This document shows, piece after piece, positions 9,745 to 21,122 of a stretch of DNA of 64,000 nucleotides. The position numbers were made by a program, and so were the translations under genes. Origin of the DNA: Rebecca billardiae RCC1528 (Eukaryota > Protista > Haptophyta). The stretch covers positions 372,001 through 436,000 of the forward strand of contig OZ251222.1 of NCBI GenBank assembly GCA_965240325.2. The letters are read 5' to 3'. The first letter of the stretch is position 1. Each line of letters starts with the position of its first letter. Below the pieces are notes generated by a model, which did no database searches, was not told the origin of the DNA, and saw only the letters and a program-made list of their open reading frames with translations.

Positions 9745-12454
9745 CTACTCCGCGGCGGCGTTCACGCGGCGGCACGCCGCGACAATGGCCTCCGCGTCGA
9801 TCCCATGGTGCGCGTAGAGATCGATGATGTCGCCGCTCTGCCCAAAGTCGCACACGCCGAGCGAGTGCACGCGGTGCCCACGCACGCCGCCGATCCACGC
9901 GAGCGTCGACGGGTGGCCGTCGAGCACGGTCACGAGGGTTGCCGGGCGCGGCACGCCGGCGAGCAGCGCGCTGGCAAAGCTCGCGTCACCATCGGCGTGC
10001 CACCCGCGATACAGCGCGTCGTACGACGTCACCTGCAGCAGCGCCGTCTCCGCCCCGGCCGCGCGCTGCGCAGCGACCGCCTCGGGCGCCACCGCCCCTG
10101 CGAAGACGATCACACTCTTGGTCTGGGCGGAGGGCTCGACGTGCCAGTACGCGCCCTTGAGCACGTGCTCGCTGAGGCGGGCGTCGGCGGCGAGATCGCG
10201 CACCGGCTGGTCCACGCCGCGCGTCGTCAGCCGCAGGTACACTGACGAGCCCCCATCCTGCGCCGCCGTCTGCATCAGCTCGAACCCGTGGCGCATGCAC
10301 ACCTTCACCTCGTCCGCATACGCAGGCTCGTATGTGAGCAGGTTGGGCGTGCTCATGCCGATCAGCGGCGTGCCGATCGACTGGTGCGCGCCGCCCTCGG
10401 GCGCGAGGCTGATCCCCGACGGCGTGCCCACCAGCATGAAGCGCGCATCCATGTAGCACGCGTAGTTGAGCGAGTCGAGTGCGCGTGACACGAACGGGTC
10501 GTACAGGGTGCCTGATGCGCACGCACGCGCACGCGCACGCGGAATCGGACACGGAATCCGACGCGGAGCGGGTGAGGTGAGCGCGAGGGGCGGATTAACA
10601 GTGCGCGGCGCGTGCGCGCGGCGCACCGATGGGGAAGAGGCGGTGGCCAAAGAGCTCGGTCGAGAGGCCGAGTGCGCCCAGCAGCAGCAGCATGTTGTTC
10701 TCGGCGATGCCGAGCTCGATGTGCTGGCCCGACGCCTTGGTCGTCCAGTTGGACAGGCTGTGCACGCGCGCCTGCTTGAAGCGGTCGCGCACCGCGGTCG
10801 TCGCGAACACGCCGCGCTTGTTGACGAAGCCGGAGAGGCCGGTGGTGGTCGTCACGTCGGGCGAGGTGGTGACGATCCGGTCGGCGAGCTCAGACTCGCC
10901 GTTCGCCAGCGCCTTGAGCACCGCGCCGAAGGCCGCCTGCGTGCTCACGTGCGCCGGGCCGCCGCCGACGGCGGGCGCGAGGTCCTCGGGGAGCGCGATC
11001 CGCTCGGGCGGGTGCACGCGCGTCGGCACCGAGTTGATGGGCGCGCGCGCCATCATCTCGCGCGCCGCCGTCTCGTCCGCCATCCGCGCAAACGGCGCCC
11101 ACTCCGCCGCGGCGTCGCCGCCGCCCGCCGGCAGGCCGAGCCGCGCGCGCATCGCCTCCATCTGCTCGGGCGAGAGGAAGAGCCCGTGGTTGTCCCGGTG
11201 CCCGGCGAGCGGCAGCCCGTGCCCCTTGGTCGTGTACGCGATGAAGACGGTGCGCCGGTCGGTGCGGGAAGCGAAGTCGAACGCCTCGAGAAGCGTCTCG
11301 AAGCAGTGGCCGCCGAGGTCCGTCATCAGCGCGTGCAGCTGCTCGTCGTCGTGCGACTCGACGAGCGCGCGGAAGTGGTGCACGTCGTCGCCGTACCCGA
11401 GCCGCTCGGCGTCGGCGAGCAGCGCCTCGCGCCACGCCGAGCCGCAGCGGAAGGTGAGCGCGGAGAACTCGCCGTTGCCGCACTCGTTGATCCAGCGGCG
11501 CAGCACCGCGCCGCCCGGCTTGTCGAACGCGCGCAGCAGCCGCTTGCCCCACTTGAGCGTGACGACGTCCCAGCCCGCGAGGCGGAACATGCGCTCGGCG
11601 ACGCGGAACGACGACTCCTCGATGTTCTTGTCGAGCGACTGCCGGTTGTAGTCGATCACCACCCAGTTGTTCGCCACCTCGAGCTTCCACGACTCGCGCA
11701 GCGCCTCGAAGACGTTGCCCTCGTCCAGCTCCGCGTCGCCCAGCAGCGCGATCATGCGGCCGGGGGCGGAGGGGGCGGCGGTGGTGCCCGGCCACGGCTT
11801 GGGGGCGAGCTCGTGCGCGCGGAGGTAGCTCTCCGTCAGCGCGGCGAACGTCGTGATCCCCGCGCCCATCCCCACCGAGCCCGTCGAGAAGTCGACCTCG
11901 GGCAAATCCTTGGTCCGAGACGGGTACGCCTGCATGCCGCCGAGCGCGCGGAACCTCTGCATGTTCTCCGCCGTCTGGCGCCCCATGAGGTACTGGATGG
12001 CGTGGTAGATGGGGCTCGCGTGCGGCTTGACCGCCACGCGGTCCTGCGGCCGCAGCACGCGCGCGTACAGCGCGACGAGCACCGTGGCGAGCGACGCGCT
12101 GCTCGCCTGGTGCCCGCCCACCTTCAGACCGTCGCGCTTCACGCGCACGTTGTTGGCCTCGTGGATGGCGAGGCACGCGAGCCAGTTCGCGCGGGCCTCG
12201 ATCTCCTGCAGAGTGGCCACCTCCTGCGACGTTACGAGCGTCGAGACCGCCGTGCTGCCCTCGTGGTGCTGCCCCGTCAGCCGCCCCTCCTTCTCGCGGC
12301 GCACGGCGACGCCACTCCCGCCCAACGCGCCGACTGGCGCGCGCGCCGGCGGCGCCATCGGTGGGAGTGGCGCGCGCACCTGCGCGGTCATGGCGTGAGC
12401 ATGCTGACGGCGGGCGCCCGTGCGAAGCGCGCCGGCGCTCGCCCGCCACCACAT
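9745..12454 (-). CDS. Bacterial-type homodimeric pyruvate dehydrogenase E1 (AceE-related, transketolase-like); intron 10512-10626; predicted mitochondrial presequence
   Basis: Motifs KVGGHQASSAS, KPHASP, YPSRTKD, DFSTGSVGMG, GDAELDEGN (TPP), NRQSLD, ELGIAENN, PIG|TLYDPF, APEGGAHQS. N-terminus MWWRASAGALRTGARR is Arg-rich and lacks acidic residues. Confidence 0.9.
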
Positions 12455-12717
12455 CCCCACGAGCGGCGGCGCGGCTTGGCGGACGGGCGGATGCACTCCG
12501 ACCGGCGGGTGCGGGCGGTACCAAGGACGGCGGCTGTTGACAAGGCCGGGCGCCCGGCCGGCGCTCACCCGCACGGAGCGCTCTCCCGATCGGGCTTGTT
12601 CCGTCCGAAACATGGGTCCGATCAGGGCTTCGTCATCAATCGACCGGTTTGTCCCGCGACGAAGCCCCGAGCGAGCGCGCGAAAAGCCTCAAAGCAACCC
12701 CACGACGGCCTGCCGCC

Positions 12718-14208
12718 ATGCTGAGATTCGCTGTCCGGGGGTGGCGGCCGCCGCTGGTCGCGCGCCGCGGCCGACGCTGCCGAGCGCTGAGCACGCAGAG
12801 CGGGGTCGTCCATGCTCTCGATGCGCGCATCGCACGCGGTGACATCCTGGACGACGAGGGCCAGCGCGCAGCGGCCGCGGCGCTCGACGCGTACGCGCAT
12901 GCGTCCACACCGCGCGCCGACGCATGCGCGATACGCCCGTGGGCCTACCTTTATGGGCCGGTGGGCTCGGGCAAGACGATGCTCCTCGACGCCTTCTTCG
13001 AGTCGCAGAAGCACGCCGCGCCCGCCGACCGCCCGCCTCTGCGCATGCACTTCCACGACTTTGTGCTCCGCACGCACGAGCAGCTGCACACCGCGCAGCA
13101 GAGCCGGCCCAAGGAGGTGCGCAAGACGCTGTCCGGCCTGGACGTGTACGTGTACGGCGATGCGGAGGACACGAGCGGGCGGAGCGCCTCCGTCGACACG
13201 CTCGCGCACGTCGCGCACTCGCTCGCGCGCGCGCACGGGCTGATCTGCCTCGACGAGCTGTGTGTGACCGACCTGGCCGACGCGCTCATCGTGGGCCGGC
13301 TGCTCAACCGGCTGCTGCACGAGGGCGTGCGGCTGGCGTTCACGTCGAACCAGCCGCCGGCGAAGCTCTTCGAGTCGGGGCGCAACAGGCGCCACTTCGT
13401 CGGCCCGCTCGCCGCGCTGCTCCGCCGGCGGTGCGTGCCCATTCGCGTGGGCGCGGGCGGCGTCGATTATCGCGAGGTGCTCGCCCAGGCTGCCGCCGCG
13501 CGCGCGCGCGCGGCCGGGGCAGAGGGCGCGAGCTCCGCGCCCGTGGCCCCGCCGCGCGCGACGAGCCGCGCGCCCGCGAGCGAGGCCAACGAGCGCTCCG
13601 CCCGAGCCCGCCGCGCGGGCCAGCTGCTGTGCGGGCCGCTGGGTGAGCGCGCGTTCGAGTCGGAGTGGCGACGGAGCGTGGCGCTGGCGGGCGGCGAGGC
13701 GGCGGTGGCGGTGCCGGTGGCGTTCGGCCGGTCGATCGAGGCGGAGCGCGCGGCGGGCGGCGCGATGCGCGCCCCCTTCGACCAGCTCTGCGACACGGGC
13801 CGCGGCACGCCCGACTACTACGCGCTCGCGCGCCGCTTCGACTCGCTCTTTGTCGAGGCCGTGCCGCAGCTCGGGCGGAAGAGGGAGGAGGCGGCGCGCC
13901 GGCTGATCTCGCTCGTCGATGTGGCGTACGACGAGCGCGTGCGGCTCGTGATGTGCGGCAGCGCGTGCGCGGAGCCGAGCGACATCTTCGCGCCCCTGCT
14001 GCACGGAGAGAATCCCGCCGGTGCCGGAGCAGGCGGGGGTGCTGGCAGCGCGGCCGTGGGCGTGGCCGCTGGCACCGTGGATGCGACCGCGCCGACGACG
14101 GCCGCCACCGGCGAGCTGCGCTGGATGATCCTGCGGTGCACGAGCCGGCTGCGCGAGATGACGGCAGCGGGGATGCCAGTGCCACCCGAAAGCACGCAGG
14201 GGTCGTGA
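12718..14208 (+). CDS. AFG1: AFG1/ZapE (LACE1)-family ATPase, predicted mitochondrial
   Basis: Walker A YLYGPVGSGKTMLLD, MHFHDF, Walker B LCLDELCVTDLADA-like, TSN.PP; presequence-like MLRFAVRGWR. Confidence 0.88.
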   Translation: MLRFAVRGWRPPLVARRGRRCRALSTQSGVVHALDARIARGDILDDEGQRAAAAALDAYAHASTPRADACAIRPWAYLYGPVGSGKTMLLDAFFESQKHAAPADRPPLRMHFHDFVLRTHEQLHTAQQSRPKEVRKTLSGLDVYVYGDAEDTSGRSASVDTLAHVAHSLARAHGLICLDELCVTDLADALIVGRLLNRLLHEGVRLAFTSNQPPAKLFESGRNRRHFVGPLAALLRRRCVPIRVGAGGVDYREVLAQAAAARARAAGAEGASSAPVAPPRATSRAPASEANERSARARRAGQLLCGPLGERAFESEWRRSVALAGGEAAVAVPVAFGRSIEAERAAGGAMRAPFDQLCDTGRGTPDYYALARRFDSLFVEAVPQLGRKREEAARRLISLVDVAYDERVRLVMCGSACAEPSDIFAPLLHGENPAGAGAGGGAGSAAVGVAAGTVDATAPTTAATGELRWMILRCTSRLREMTAAGMPVPPESTQGS

Positions 14209-14394
14209 ATTCAAAGTGCGTCATCATTCACCGGCGTGTGTATCGCGCCGGACAACACGCCAGTCACGCTCGCGGTGATGGAAAAGATCGTTCGCGGAAT
14301 AAATTGGGAGTGGGCAGCCGGCCACGGTGCGGACCCGGATTTGCCGCCGTCGGCCGTCCAAGAAACTCACCGCACTCGCGAACACGCGTCAGCC

Positions 14395-15570
14395 ATGGCG
14401 GACGCCGACGATCGTGGCGCCGAGCGGCACATCGTCATTGTCGGTGCGGGGTCTATCGGAACGTGGGTCGGTGGCGAGCTGGCCCTGCGCGGCGTCGCGC
14501 GCGTCACCTTCCTGCAGCGCCCGTCGGTGACGGGCAAAGAGCTGCGCGCCGCCGTCACGACGCGAGGCCTCACGCTGGAGGAGGGGGCGGGCGCGGTTCG
14601 GCGCACGCTGCCGCCGAGCATTTGTGCGCGCGCGTTCACGTACGACGCGAGCGAGCTGAGCAGCGCGAGCGCGATCATCGTCGCCACCAAGCGCCACTCC
14701 AACGCCGAGGTCGCCACCCACCTCGGCGCGCACGTCACAGCCGGCACGCCGATCGTCCTCCTGCAGAACGGGCTCGGCGCCGTCGAGGAGATGCGCGCGC
14801 TGATCGGCGAGCTCGCGCGTGGCTGGCCGATCCACGCCGCCGTCGTGCGGATCTCGGCGACGATGATCCACGCCGAGGGCCGAGTCGTGCGCTCGGGCGT
14901 CCTCCCGCTCCTGCTCATCGACGGCCAGCCAGAGCTGTGCGCGCTGCTGAGCGCCGCGCACGTGTCGACGCGCTCTGTGCCGCCCGAGCCGTTTGCGCGG
15001 CTGCAGCGCGGCAAGCTGATGCTCAACATGCTGAACGCGCCGAACGCGCTGAGCCGCCTGCCCCTGGGCCGGATGGCCCTCGACCGCGCCTCGTGCCAGC
15101 TCGCCGCCGACTCGATGGCCGAGCTCGCCGCCGTGTACCGCGCGCAGGGCGAGGCCGTGGAGCCGCGCGCCGCGCGCTGGCTGCCCTTCATGGCGCGCGC
15201 GCTCTCGCTGCGCGCGCTCAACTGGGCGCTGCGCGCCGCGTGCGCGGTTCTCACGCCCGTCCTCGGCCGCCACCCGCTCGGGAGCGACACGTTCAAGTCG
15301 TCGATGCTCGAGGACATCGACGCGCGCCGCCAGACCGAGATTGACCATCTAAACGGCGAGGTGGTGAGACGCGGCGCGGCGTCCGGCGTGCCGACGCCGA
15401 CCAACGCCGAGCTCGTGCGGCGCGTGCGCGCGCTGGAGCGCGAGATCGGCGCGGCGCCGTCCAGCTCGTCGGTCGGCGCGCCGCCGCTGGAGGTGCGGCG
15501 CAGCGACTCGACCAGCGTCATTCGCACAGGTGGCCTCGGCCGAGACGTCAGCTTCTCCGTGTACTCCTGA
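14395..15570 (+). CDS. panE: 2-dehydropantoate 2-reductase (ApbA/PanE family)
   Basis: Motifs IVIVGAGSIG, VATK, LLQNGLG, KLMLN, SSMLEDI..RRQTEIDHLNG, PTPTN. Confidence 0.88.
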   Translation: MADADDRGAERHIVIVGAGSIGTWVGGELALRGVARVTFLQRPSVTGKELRAAVTTRGLTLEEGAGAVRRTLPPSICARAFTYDASELSSASAIIVATKRHSNAEVATHLGAHVTAGTPIVLLQNGLGAVEEMRALIGELARGWPIHAAVVRISATMIHAEGRVVRSGVLPLLLIDGQPELCALLSAAHVSTRSVPPEPFARLQRGKLMLNMLNAPNALSRLPLGRMALDRASCQLAADSMAELAAVYRAQGEAVEPRAARWLPFMARALSLRALNWALRAACAVLTPVLGRHPLGSDTFKSSMLEDIDARRQTEIDHLNGEVVRRGAASGVPTPTNAELVRRVRALEREIGAAPSSSSVGAPPLEVRRSDSTSVIRTGGLGRDVSFSVYS

Positions 15571-15931
15571 TTGATGCTGATGCAGATGGTGCCCAGTCAG
15601 ACTGCGCTGAGCCATGCAGCCAGGCGTGAGGTGGCTGTGGAACTTGCGGACTGGCAGTGCCACCCGTGGGGCGTGTCACCAGTAGTAGTAGTGTCGCTTG
15701 CCGGCGCGCTGACGATCAGTCACACGATCGCGCCACCCCGGGGCCGCACGCGGCCCACTACGCCGCACGCGGCCGTACGCAGCAGGCCGGGAGTTGGTAG
15801 AAAGCATCATCATCACGGACCGGGCCATATCACAGTGCTGGAAAACGGCTCAGGGTGACGTTTTAAGTTGTCCGCACCACTAGTCGAATCATCGGACAAT
15901 TTTGAAGCGGTGCGCCTATATATAACGCGCT

Positions 15932-15932
<1 letters not shown>

Positions 15933-15969
<37 letters not shown>

Positions 15970-16003
15970 TCTCTCTCTCTCTCTCTCTCTGTTTCTCTCT
16001 CTC

Positions 16004-16087
<84 letters not shown>
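15933..16087. repeat. (CT)n(GT)n compound microsatellite
   Basis: Read directly from the sequence. Confidence 0.98.
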
Positions 16088-16088
<1 letters not shown>

Positions 16089-16324
16089 CATGCATGACTA
16101 CACGGCGGTACGGCCTACGGGCGACCCGGTGACCGCCGCACACAGGCCCCGGCCGGCGGCGCGACGGGGCGGCCCGGCCGGGAAGCCCGGGATTCGCCGA
16201 CGAGACGTGAGACTCCGGGCCGCTGAGGCGCTTCACACACGGATTACACAGACACAGCCGTAACGCCAGTGTCACAGCGGACGTGCCCGCGTCAGCTGAG
16301 TGGCTGCCAGGCGACCAGCACCCG

Positions 16325-16446
<122 letters not shown>

Positions 16447-16828
16447 TGATGAGACGACGGTATAGCAGCGATACGACTTACGAGTAGTTATGCGCGCCAG
16501 GCGATGCAGGCCCCCTGGAGGGCGTCAGGTCGCGGAGTATGTATGGCTGTATCATGCAAAAATTGCGTAATCCAACTGCATGAGCCTCATTCAGCCCGTT
16601 GAGTGAGGGGACGCGGTATGCGCGCCGCGACAGGCCAGCGGAGGGCGGGTCGCGAAGAATGTCTTGAGTGGGGGGCTGTTGCTGCGAGCCCCCGTTGGCC
16701 CTGCTTGTTTCTTGGCTCGCGGGGCCACTCGGCAGCGATTCCAGCCAGGGGGCCATGAGGCCAACCATGATGCCATTCATAACCGGACCCCTTGTTGTGC
16801 GCTCCGTGCCCGATCCACCAAGCCAACA

Positions 16829-17531
16829 TCATTTCTTGGCGGCAGGGTTCTTCTTCCTGTAAGCCGCCGCGTCCTTCTTCACCAGGGGCAGAACCATGCT
16901 CGCCATGACTTTCCCCAAGAGCCAATCGGAGATGGAAGCCGACACCTCCGTCTCATCAGCGAACTGGGTCCACACCGGGATGCCATCCGCGCCAGCCGTG
17001 ATAGTCGCCACGCGATGGAGCTTGCCTTTGACGGCGGGCGCGTCCTTGGCAACATCCCAGGACAGCCAGGTGACCGCATAGTCGCCAGGCGCAGGGAAGT
17101 CGCGCTGCGTCACCAAGCGCGTGACGAGTTTGGAGCCGCCGAGGCCAAGGCACTTTGCCCACACTGGCATCTTCCCGTTCATGCAGACCACGCTGTCGCG
17201 CACGTTGCCGCGTGTCTCGTCGCGAAGCATTTCGACGGACTCAATCATGTCGTGAAAGGCCGCATGTGCGGGGTCGTGCATGTTGCTTGTCGCATCGTAG
17301 AGGCTAGAGCTCGTCCTTGGTTAGCGAGAACGCCGGAAACATGAACTCGTTACGGAGGTAGCGCACCTTGCCGACGCGGCGCGCTTGGAGCTTCATCGCG
17401 CCCTTGCGCTCGCACAGTGTCTTATCCCACTGGTCTGGGCTAAAGTCCCCGATGACGCTCAAAAGCGGGCCGATGTGCGCTCGCACGGCGTCAGGCAGCT
17501 CTAGCCCGTCACTCGTGGGCGAGGGGGTCAT
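16829..17531 (-). pseudogene. Broken ORF pair of unknown family inside a 1.2-kb block between (AT)n tracts
   Basis: Two natural-looking ORFs (17304-17531, 16829-17281) in adjacent frames; lower GC than host genes. Confidence 0.35.
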
Positions 17532-17611
17532 GCCTGGCGAGGATGCTCAGGCTCGTCTCAGCTCAGGCACCTTGAATCTCGCTCGACGATTACTAGTATC
17601 TCCGCGATCGG

Positions 17612-17946
<335 letters not shown>

Positions 17947-17947
17947 G

Positions 17948-17992
17948 TACAGTTTACTATGTTTTAACGTGCACACTTGGTTAAGGCGTGAT
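17948..17992 (+). mobile_element. pogo/Tc2-like end (TA-CAGTTTACTATGTTTTAACGTGCAC family B)
   Basis: Identical to 47477-47521; similar to 40350-40398. Confidence 0.65.
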
Positions 17993-18057
17993 ATGTTTAT
18001 GATAGTTGATGACTCAAAACCCCGAGAGAAAACCCCGAGTCGAGACCCCGGCCTACA

Positions 18058-19132
18058 GAGGCCACTTCACCGAAATCCAGGTTGGGGAGGATCTCCGCTG
18101 CACTGGTGGGGAGGATGTCATCCTCCCCGCTCGCCGCGGCTGGGGAGGATCTCCGCCGCGCTGTTCGGTCTTTCGCCGCTGACAAAACTTTCGAAAACGA
18201 AAGTCGCGCCATGGCGGACCCGGTGTTCCCGCCCGGCGGCGAAAGGGGCGCGGGGCCGGTGGCTCGCGATCCGAAGGGCAGTAGTTCGCGACCTCGCTTG
18301 GGCGGCGGCAGCGGCGCTGTGGCATGGCGTGTACCATCCGCGCGGCTGTGCGCGATCGCGCGGTTCCGTTCGTCGCCACGCCGCGCGCGACCGTTCACGC
18401 CACAGTCTTTCCGCACCGGCATGCACCCCTTGCAAGCGCATGACGGCGGAGAGCTCAGAGAGCCCGTCACGCGCGTGACGACCGTGTGGGATGGGTTGTA
18501 CAACTTGTCTTCATGTTCAGGGAGGCACGCGCCGGCCCATGAGGCGGGCATGAGGATCATGGACGGCTGCTGTACTGTTCACAACTCCATGGCCGTGTGG
18601 CAGGCGATGACTCATCTTGCAGCAGTTAGGAATGGTCTGAACGTTGGATGGGCTCATCAGAAAGCCTACGAAGGCAGCGTTCACATCGGCACAACCCATC
18701 CCACATGGTCGTCACGCGCGTGACGGGCTCTCTGAGCTCTCCGCCGTCATGCGCTTGCAAGGGGTGCATGCCAGTGCGGAAAGACTGTGGCGTGAACGGT
18801 CGCGCGCGGCGTGGCGACGAACGGGACCGCGCGATCGCGCACAGCCGCGCGGATGGTACACGCCATGCCACAGCGCCGCTGCCGCCGCCCAAGCGAGGTC
18901 GCGAACTACTGCCCTTCGGATCGCAAGCCACCGGCCCCGCGCCCCTTTCGCCGCCGGGCGGGAACACCGGGTCCGCCATGGCGCGACTTTCGTTTTCGAA
19001 AGTTTTGTCAGCGGCGAAAGACCGGACAGCGCGGCGGAGATCCTCCCCAGCCGCGGCGAGCGGGGAGGATGACATCCTCCCCACCAGTGCAGCGGAGATC
19101 CTCCCCAACCTGGATTTCGGTGAAGTGGCCTC
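18058..19132. mobile_element. Foldback-type non-autonomous DNA transposon: 442-bp inverted arms, 191-bp spacer, CTACA TSD
   Basis: Arms 18058-18499 and 18691-19132 are near-perfect inverted repeats with GAG...CTC termini; CTACA at 18053-18057 and 19133-19137. Confidence 0.9.
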
Positions 19133-19133
19133 C

Positions 19134-19228
19134 TACAGTTTATTTGTTTTAACGTGCGTAAGGCTCACGGTGGCAGGTTGCCGCGCCATCCTTCATCGCA
19201 CGCTCTCCGAAGAGAGACCTGGAAACTG
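19134..19228 (+). mobile_element. Tc1/pogo-like end, family A
   Basis: Matches 517-617 (reverse complement) and 26656-26708. Confidence 0.65.
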
Positions 19229-19480
19229 GGGGTTTACAGTATGGGCTACTGTACTTTAGGATAATAATGAATCATGAGCGCCCGCCATTACCGGCTGTAC
19301 GTACAGACTATCTACCGCTAGTAGCAGCTATGGCAAGACGGTTGGTCGAAGCGGCACGCCCAAAAAGTGAAAATTCAATCCGCCCAAATTAATCTCGATC
19401 GTTCATCGTTGGAGGCACGAGTCGCCCGACGACGACGCGGCGGCGCTGACGACTGAGACGACTGCTGCGTGCTGATGATG

Positions 19481-21049
19481 TCATCGCCGCTTATTTCTTG
19501 AGGCCTCGTCGCCGCTGGCGTTGATGCCGGCGTCGCCGTCGGGACACGCCGGGTGCACCGCGTCCGCCGTGTACACGGCCGGCAGGGGCTCGACGCGCTC
19601 GCCCTTGCTGCGCCGGCCGTAGCCCGCGCCGCGGATGGGCCTGCCCGTGAAAGGGTTGGGCAGCGCGCGCGCGGCCGCCTGGTACTCGGTGAGCACTTCG
19701 CGCCAGGGGACGCACCGACCCGTCGCCGCCTCCGCCCCCTCGGCGGGGAACACGCGGCGCAGCAGGCGCAGCAGCTCGTCGGCGTCGATGCTCGCCTCGG
19801 TCGGCGTGCAGTTGCGCCCAAACTCGAGGCGCGCGCGCTGCCCCGGCTCGTGCACCACGCGCGGCGTCGCACCCTCGACGTAGAAGGGCGCGTGCAGCAC
19901 GCCCGCCCCGCGGCATCGGCGGTGGTAGAAGAAGAACGAGGCCCACTGGTCGTACAGCGCGCCGTGCAGCTCGACGACCAGCGCGCCGGGGCGCATGAAC
20001 ACGCAGTTGTGCAGCGCGCTCCCAAACAGCGTGACGACGAGCGCCGAGCGCGCGTACAGGCCGACCTCGTCTGCAAACGAGGGGAGCGCGTGCGGCCGCT
20101 CGCCGACGAAGGTGAGCGACGGGTGCTCGCGTGCCGCCCACTCGCGCAGCCGCGCCTCGAGCCGCGCCTCGCCCAGCACGCGCCGGCTGTTCGAGCCGCC
20201 ATCGCTCCGCGCATACAGGACCGTGTCCATGGCGCGCCGCGCGTCGGTCGGCGGCGGCGCGCTCGCGTTGCCGACATCGCCGAGCCCGAGCAGCTCGTAC
20301 GCGGCCGCACGCAGCGCCTCGTCCTCCGCTGACCACCACGGGCTGCCGGAGACGGGCAGCTTGGTCAGCAGCGTGACCCGGCCGCGGAGCGCGCTCGGCA
20401 GCCCGCCGAACTGCGCGCAGCAGCCGCCGAAGCACATCGGCACCCACGGCGCGCGCTGCAAGCGGACCCCCCGCCTGCGCCGGGTCGGCTTGTTGCCAAA
20501 GAGGCCAACGAGCTCATCGAAGGCGCGCTCGTACTTGTCCACGCCAAGCGGCAGGTAGATGTCAAGCTCAGGCAGCGCACAGATCGGCGCGCCTTCAGAG
20601 CCGCGCGCGCACGCGCGCCCGCGCCCGTCGAGCAGTGCGACGACCGCCCTCAGGAATGGCCACATGTGGCCGTACTGCGTGGGCGCGTGCTGCGCATCCT
20701 CGTACACGAGCGCGAGCGAGGGGTGGCCGCTGCGCGCGGCGAGCGTACCGAGCTGCTCGCCGAACAGCGCCGCCCTCTTCCCGGGGCTGCGCCCGCCGGC
20801 AGTCGGCGCGACGACGGCAGCGTAGTGCGCTCGCACGATGACATCCTCAGCGGAAGCGCCCATCACTGGGAGCGCGCGCGCGTGCGCCGGCGTGAGCGGG
20901 TCGAGCAGCGCAGACGAGCGGTTGGCGCGGCGGACGAGCGCACGCGGGTACTGGCCGAGGCACGCGCGCGGCACGCCGCCGGGAAGCTGCGCTGCTTCTA
21001 GTAGTGCCAAGTGTGTGAGCAGGGCGAGCAGAACCAGCCAGGCCGCCAT
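19481..21049 (-). CDS. Glycosyltransferase family 61 (DUF563)-like secreted/Golgi protein
   Basis: Signal peptide MAAWLVLLALL; FADEVGLY...VVTLFGSALHNCVFMRPGALVVEL matches the GT61 HGAgLtN.lFm motif. Confidence 0.8.
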   Translation of the reverse strand: MAAWLVLLALLTHLALLEAAQLPGGVPRACLGQYPRALVRRANRSSALLDPLTPAHARALPVMGASAEDVIVRAHYAAVVAPTAGGRSPGKRAALFGEQLGTLAARSGHPSLALVYEDAQHAPTQYGHMWPFLRAVVALLDGRGRACARGSEGAPICALPELDIYLPLGVDKYERAFDELVGLFGNKPTRRRRGVRLQRAPWVPMCFGGCCAQFGGLPSALRGRVTLLTKLPVSGSPWWSAEDEALRAAAYELLGLGDVGNASAPPPTDARRAMDTVLYARSDGGSNSRRVLGEARLEARLREWAAREHPSLTFVGERPHALPSFADEVGLYARSALVVTLFGSALHNCVFMRPGALVVELHGALYDQWASFFFYHRRCRGAGVLHAPFYVEGATPRVVHEPGQRARLEFGRNCTPTEASIDADELLRLLRRVFPAEGAEAATGRCVPWREVLTEYQAAARALPNPFTGRPIRGAGYGRRSKGERVEPLPAVYTADAVHPACPDGDAGINASGDEASRNKRR

Positions 21050-21122
21050 CGTGCGCCATCTTGATGTCGTTTGACGAGTGACGACTGACGACACACGGCA
21101 TCTGGGTAGGGGCCTAGGGGGG

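Noticed and set aside
10466-12724. 752-aa plus-strand ORF and similar long shadow ORFs (27667-29613, 22703-24550, 12622-14214)
   Set aside because: Antisense or off-frame to well-supported genes; Arg/Ala-rich artefacts of high GC content.
9745-15570. PDH E1, AFG1 and panE as a bacterial contaminant or operon
   Set aside because: Spliceosomal intron, presequences, divergent orientation and host-like codon usage indicate nuclear genes.
18082-19259. Mirror-image ORFs on both strands
   Set aside because: A consequence of the 442-bp inverted repeat; no protein motifs.
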